A stretch of DNA of 19,111 nucleotides from positions 1 through 19,111 of the forward strand of contig JAIRPX010000154.1 in NCBI GenBank assembly GCA_031256775.1, in the 5' to 3' direction. Numbering within the stretch: position 1 is the stretch's first letter; each line of letters starts with the position of its first letter. The translations under genes and the position numbers were made by a program. The notes beneath the pieces were generated by a model. That model searched no databases. It saw only the letters and a program-made list of their open reading frames with translations, and was not told the DNA's origin. Below, piece after piece: positions 14,844-19,111 of this stretch. This DNA is from Dysgonamonadaceae bacterium. GTDB lineage: Bacteria > Bacteroidota > Bacteroidia > Bacteroidales > Azobacteroidaceae.

Positions 14844-16016
14844 TTATTGATTGTTATCCTTAAGATGGAATGGCTGCGAAATGATTTGAAAAATTTTTTC
14901 AGCTACCTTGCCGGAGGCGCCCGGCGGCCCGAGCAGGGAAATAATTGCCTGATAATCGTTATCCATTTGTTTCCTGTACGTTTCGTCATTCAGGAGCAAA
15001 TCCAACTCTTTACGAATTTGCAGGGATGAAAAATGCTTGCCGAATAATTCCTTAACAACCGATTTTCCTGCAATCAGATTTACTAAGGAAATATAAGGAC
15101 AGGAAAAAAAAGTTTCAAAAATGAAAGAACTGAGGTATTTAAGTGGCATTTTATAGCAAACCGCTTGAGGAATCCGAAGTAAAGCTGTTTCTAAAGTGGC
15201 TGTACCCGAAGTGACTAATGCGGCGCGGGATTGTGAAAGCAAGCGATAAGTTTGTCCGAAGATGACAGGTATTTGGTCCTGTTTGGTGAAGAGTTCATAA
15301 TAATGCGGATCGATTCCCGGAGATCCGCCAATAACCGGTTGGTATTCTCCGAAAGACGCAACGGCTTCTAACATTGCAGGTAGATTATCCTTGATTTCCT
15401 GTTTGCGGCTACCGGCTAAAAGAGCGATTATGGGTTTATTTTCAAGTTGATTAACTTGAATGAAATTTTCAAACGTTTCGTCTTTGTAATTTCTACCGGC
15501 AAGTGCATCGACTGTAGGATTTCCCATATATGCCACTTCCATTTGATGTTTTTTGTAAAACTCTGTTTCGAAAGGCAAAATACAGAACATTTTGTCTATA
15601 TATTTCTTAATTTTTTCAATGCGGTATTTTTTCCATGCCCAGATTTTAGGGGAAATATAATAGTTGATGAACGGCGAACGGCAATTGGGAAACGGATGTT
15701 TTTTTAAATACTCGGCGATCTTGAGATTAAATCCCGGATAATCGACCAAAATTACTGTATCGGGCTGGTATTCTTCGATTGCTTTTTTGCAAAGCGTCAT
15801 ATTATCAAGTACCGTTCGGAGATTCATTAAAACGGGAATAAATCCCATAAACGCCATATAGCGGTAGTGTTTGATTAATATTCCGCCTTCCGCTTGCATA
15901 AGATCTCCTCCAAAATAGCGGAAATCTGCTTTCGGGTCTGTTTTTTTCAACGAATGCATTAGATTAGAGGCATGCAAATCGCCTGAGGCTTCTCCGGCAA
16001 TAAGAAAATATTTCAT
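14844..16016 (-). CDS. lpxB: Lipid-A-disaccharide synthase
   Basis: The canonical LpxB N-terminus MKYFLIAGEASGDLHASNLMHSLK begins at the ATG at 16016..16014. The ORF-track start at 16115 is an upstream in-frame extension overlapping surE. The protein is ~390 aa with GT-B-type motifs (ALLAGSRKQEI, LVTSGTATLETALL). Confidence 0.9.
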   Translation of the reverse strand: MKYFLIAGEASGDLHASNLMHSLKKTDPKADFRYFGGDLMQAEGGILIKHYRYMAFMGFIPVLMNLRTVLDNMTLCKKAIEEYQPDTVILVDYPGFNLKIAEYLKKHPFPNCRSPFINYYISPKIWAWKKYRIEKIKKYIDKMFCILPFETEFYKKHQMEVAYMGNPTVDALAGRNYKDETFENFIQVNQLENKPIIALLAGSRKQEIKDNLPAMLEAVASFGEYQPVIGGSPGIDPHYYELFTKQDQIPVIFGQTYRLLSQSRAALVTSGTATLETALLRIPQAVCYKMPLKYLSSFIFETFFSCPYISLVNLIAGKSVVKELFGKHFSSLQIRKELDLLLNDETYRKQMDNDYQAIISLLGPPGASGKVAEKIFQIISQPFHLKDNNQ

Positions 16017-16789
16017 ACAGACAGTTCCCAGTTTTTTATTTTCCCTAAAACCGAATAAGCCGTCATATCCGGTTGGAGTGGAACCAGAGCTGCATATCCT
16101 TGCGATAGTGCCCATTCGTCACTCTGCTCGTTTCCAAGTTCTTCATTAAGAAACGAACCTGTTAACCAATAGACTGTTTGCCCGGAAGGGTCTTTAGCTG
16201 TTTGAAACTCTTTAGCCCAATATCCTTTGGTTTGCGTACAAATTTTCAAACCTTTTACATTCGAAATATCAGGAATGTTTAAATTGATACAGACACCTTC
16301 AGGCAATTCTCCCGCCAGTATTTTTTCGGCTATCAGCTTTCCATATTTTACTGCTTGAGTAAAATCGGCGTCGGGCGAATGGTTGGTAAGAGAAATTCCA
16401 ACAGAAGGTATTTTTAAGATACATCCTTCCAAAGCGGCGCCAACAGTTCCCGAATAAATTACACAGATAGCAGCATTGGAACCGTGGTTAATTCCTGAAA
16501 GAAGCAAATCCGGTTTTCTGTCCAGTATTTCATTAATTCCCAATTTTACGCAATCTACGGGCGTACCCGTGCAGCTATAAACGGTAAGATCTTTTTCTTT
16601 ATGAATCTGATTTAAACGAATCGGATTGGAGGCTGTTATGGCGCTCGACATACCTGAACGTATCCGGTCGGGCGCGATTACCACGATTTCTCCCAGAGAG
16701 CGAACACCTTCAATTAGTGCGTTAATCCCTTTTGCATGAACGCCGTCGTCATTCGTTATAAGAATAAGAGGCTTTTTGTATTTCAACAT
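16013..16789 (-). CDS. surE: 5'/3'-nucleotidase SurE
   Basis: The protein reads MLKYKKPLILITNDDGVHAKGINALIEGV...; the DDG motif and overall pattern are typical of SurE. The start is reassigned to the ATG at 16789, 4 nt after the upstream stop. The longer ORF-track start at 16831 would overlap the upstream gene by 38 nt. The stop TGA overlaps the lpxB ATG in the sequence ATGA. Confidence 0.85.
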   Translation of the reverse strand: MLKYKKPLILITNDDGVHAKGINALIEGVRSLGEIVVIAPDRIRSGMSSAITASNPIRLNQIHKEKDLTVYSCTGTPVDCVKLGINEILDRKPDLLLSGINHGSNAAICVIYSGTVGAALEGCILKIPSVGISLTNHSPDADFTQAVKYGKLIAEKILAGELPEGVCINLNIPDISNVKGLKICTQTKGYWAKEFQTAKDPSGQTVYWLTGSFLNEELGNEQSDEWALSQGYAALVPLQPDMTAYSVLGKIKNWELSV

Positions 16790-16793
16790 AACT

Positions 16794-18566
16794 TTATTTT
16801 TCAGGTTGCAAAGGTACGTTTTTTTGTACAATATCCATTACTCGCATCAAATTTCCTCCCCATATTTTGGCAATATCTTCTTCGGAATATCCTCTGCGGA
16901 GAAGTTCTAAAGTGATCTGCGGCATTTCGTTAGTTGCATTGACGCCTTTAATTCCGCCGCCGCCGTCGAAGTCGGAACCGATGCCTGCATGGTCGACGCC
17001 CACCGTTTTTACCACATAATCAATATGATCGACAGCATCTTTCACAGTTGCTTTTCCGTCTTTTCGAAGAAAATAAGCGTACAGGCAAATTTGAATGACT
17101 CCGCCTTTGTCGGCTATTGTACGCATCAGTTTATCGGAAATATTTCGCGGATGATTACAAAGTGCTTTTACGGAAGAGTGGGAGGCAATGACCGGAAAAC
17201 GGCTTATTTCCAGCACGTCGAACGATGTTTTTTCGGAAGTGTGGGAGATATCAACTATTATTCCCAGGCGATTCATTTCTTTTACTACTTCTTTACCGAA
17301 CAGGCTGAGTCCGTTGTGTTCCGTGCGACTGTTTGTGGCCGCATCGCAAATATCATTGTCGCCATTGTGAGATAATGTAATATAAGTAACTCCCATGTCG
17401 GCGAATTTTTTAATATTTTCAATATTTTTTCCAATAGCATATCCATTTTCGATTCCGATAAAAATGGCTTTTTTCCCTTCTTTTTTCAGGTGCTTGAGAT
17501 CGGCGGTCGAACGAGCGATTCCGGCAATATTTTTATTATTTTCAACTTGTCGAATTATTTCTCCGATTATTGATTTGGCTTTGTCTACTGCTTTTTGGGA
17601 TGATATTACGTCTCTTTTCCCTTGTTTGAGGTAGGCTACCATAAATGCAGCGTCCAATAATCCATCTTCCATTCGGGGAATTTCTACTTTTAACTGATAA
17701 TTGGTAAATGATTCTTTCGACGAAACACCAAAGGAGCGAAGACCGATTTTCAAAAGTGGATTTCTTTTCCCTATATCTATCTTATAGGGAAAATACATAG
17801 GTGTATCACAATGAGAATCAATTGAGTATATCCTCTTGTGGATTTCTTTTGCTTTCCGGTACAATTCGGCTTCGTCTACTGTTTGCTTAAAAATCGAGTG
17901 CATGGCTTCGTTTCCGGCAACAGACATGTTTTCGGGATGCCATTGTACGCCTAAAATAAAGTTTCCCTGAGTAGATTCGATTGCTTCAATAATTCCATCT
18001 TCGGAACGGGCTATAGCTTCAAATTCCGGCGCTAATATTTTAATGGCTTGATGATGGAATGAATTAACAAGTAACTTATTTGTTTTAACCGGATCATACA
18101 GTTTTGATCCGGTTAAAATATCTACAAAATGCGTTCCTGTTTTTCGTTCCTCCTGCTGATTGTGATTGATTTTCGAATCCGGCATTTGCGAAGGTATATC
18201 CTGAATCAAGGTTCCGCCGAAAGCAACATTGATCACTTGCTGCCCCCGGCAAATTCCCAAAACAGGGATTTGTTTTTCGACTGCTCTTCGAACCAAATGA
18301 ATTTCACAACGATCTCTTTCTATATCATACGATTCGACAAGCGGATGCAATTCTTCGTTAAACAACGGGGCATAAATGTCGCCTCCTCCGGTCAAAATAA
18401 GCCCGTCTATTTGCGCCAAAATGTTTTCTAATGTACCCAAATCTGTTGTTAGAGGTATTAATACAGGAACACCCCCCGCTTTGATAACCGCATTTACGTA
18501 AGCGTCGGAAATACAGGAACGGCTTTCACTATGATTGACAGATAAGCCGATAAGCATATTTATCAT
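16794..18566 (-). CDS. Bifunctional fusion: N-terminal class-I glutamine amidotransferase-like peptidase C26 (gamma-glutamyl hydrolase, PuuD-like) joined to a C-terminal M19 (renal-type) dipeptidase; cytoplasmic
   Basis: The ORF-track start at 18572 is a TTG; the first ATG is at 18566 (MINMLIGLSVN...). The N-terminal domain has the GATase1/C26 signatures GICRGQQ (nucleophile Cys), FHHQA and WHPE. From ~residue 240 the M19 dipeptidase signatures appear: IDSHCDTP, ITLSHNGDN, IVDISHTS, ASHSS and DFDGGGG. No signal peptide is present. Confidence 0.8.
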   Translation of the reverse strand: MINMLIGLSVNHSESRSCISDAYVNAVIKAGGVPVLIPLTTDLGTLENILAQIDGLILTGGGDIYAPLFNEELHPLVESYDIERDRCEIHLVRRAVEKQIPVLGICRGQQVINVAFGGTLIQDIPSQMPDSKINHNQQEERKTGTHFVDILTGSKLYDPVKTNKLLVNSFHHQAIKILAPEFEAIARSEDGIIEAIESTQGNFILGVQWHPENMSVAGNEAMHSIFKQTVDEAELYRKAKEIHKRIYSIDSHCDTPMYFPYKIDIGKRNPLLKIGLRSFGVSSKESFTNYQLKVEIPRMEDGLLDAAFMVAYLKQGKRDVISSQKAVDKAKSIIGEIIRQVENNKNIAGIARSTADLKHLKKEGKKAIFIGIENGYAIGKNIENIKKFADMGVTYITLSHNGDNDICDAATNSRTEHNGLSLFGKEVVKEMNRLGIIVDISHTSEKTSFDVLEISRFPVIASHSSVKALCNHPRNISDKLMRTIADKGGVIQICLYAYFLRKDGKATVKDAVDHIDYVVKTVGVDHAGIGSDFDGGGGIKGVNATNEMPQITLELLRRGYSEEDIAKIWGGNLMRVMDIVQKNVPLQPEK

Positions 18567-19111
18567 GAGCAATTTTACAAAAATATTAAGTTCAATTCTT
18601 AAAGTTCAAAATAAATAAACAAGTTATTCTTAAAAACGAACAAATGTACATGAAAAATTTCATATTTTGCATAAACAAATGGATTTCTATTAAAGCTGAT
18701 TTCAAAAAAGAAACATCATTTTGCATTTTCCGGTTCGATTTTGTATTTTCTTGAAATCTGGCGAATCGGATTTGCCCCATTTCACTTCTCCGTTTGCTCG
18801 ACGTATCATTTACTTGAGCATTTATATAACAGCAAAAAAATACTGTCATTGAAATTGAAAAATACTTTCTCATATTTGTGAAATTTAAAAGTTGATTGTT
18901 TTAGTACAGTGATAATTGGCGTGTTAGCCTGTATTCTTTTTCGTGGCTGCAAAATGTTGCTACTAACAGAAATGGTATCAATTTAACATCTAATTCTTAT
19001 TTCTTTATCAGTGCATACGCCGCAGAGTTGATAAATAAAATTGTTGGTGGGATAATGTCCGACAGATCAGTATGTTTTGGTGTGTCGATTGCAAGTATTG
19101 AATTAAAAGAA

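Noticed and set aside
16013-16115. Long N-terminal extension of lpxB (MGTIARICSSGSTPTGYDGLFGFRENKKLGTVC...) and of surE (MYKKTYLCNLKNKV...) as given by the ORF track
   Set aside because: The extensions overlap the upstream genes by 100 and 38 nt. Conserved family N-termini begin at internal ATGs that produce the compact 4-nt gap and ATGA overlap typical of coupled operons.
18725-18750. tRNA-like T-loop motif GGTTCGATT at ~18733-18741
   Set aside because: The flanking 5 nt on each side (tccgg / ttgta) cannot form the T-stem. No acceptor or anticodon arm could be assembled around it.
18592-18873. 93-aa minus-strand ORF in the right-end intergenic region
   Set aside because: The region is AT-rich and the sequence is low-complexity (runs of F, I, N, K). 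No motif or signal is seen, and the ORF overlaps the predicted promoter region of the fusion peptidase gene. It is most likely spurious, though a small protein cannot be fully excluded without expression data.

Overview
This 19.1-kb window is from a Bacteroidota chromosome; no Shine-Dalgarno sequences are seen, Bacteroides-type TAnnTTTG -7 boxes are present, and SusC/SusD and T9SS-CTD proteins are encoded. All 11 genes lie on the minus strand. The left 11.6 kb is a Sus-like polysaccharide/glycoprotein utilization locus transcribed right to left: a GH88/GH105-family hydrolase, a SusC-like TonB-dependent transporter, a SusD-like lipoprotein, a surface lipoprotein with two Big_2 domains and a discoidin-like domain, a 1101-aa M60-like HEXXH zinc metallopeptidase, and the start of a GH2 glycosidase. 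The peptidase carries two discoidin-like modules and a T9SS C-terminal sorting domain. The gene content resembles the M60-like mucinase PULs of gut Bacteroides, but the peptidase looks like a T9SS cargo rather than a lipoprotein. No ECF-sigma/anti-sigma or HTCS regulator is present, and the SusC lacks an N-terminal signalling extension. The 750-bp region upstream of the locus holds a -7 box, two near-identical ~67-bp direct repeats 120 bp apart, and a terminator-like hairpin for the upstream operon. The right half encodes an NfeD/flotillin pair and a tightly coupled operon of a C26 gamma-glutamyl hydrolase-like domain fused to an M19 dipeptidase, SurE, and LpxB. No rRNA, tRNA, CRISPR or mobile-element genes were found.
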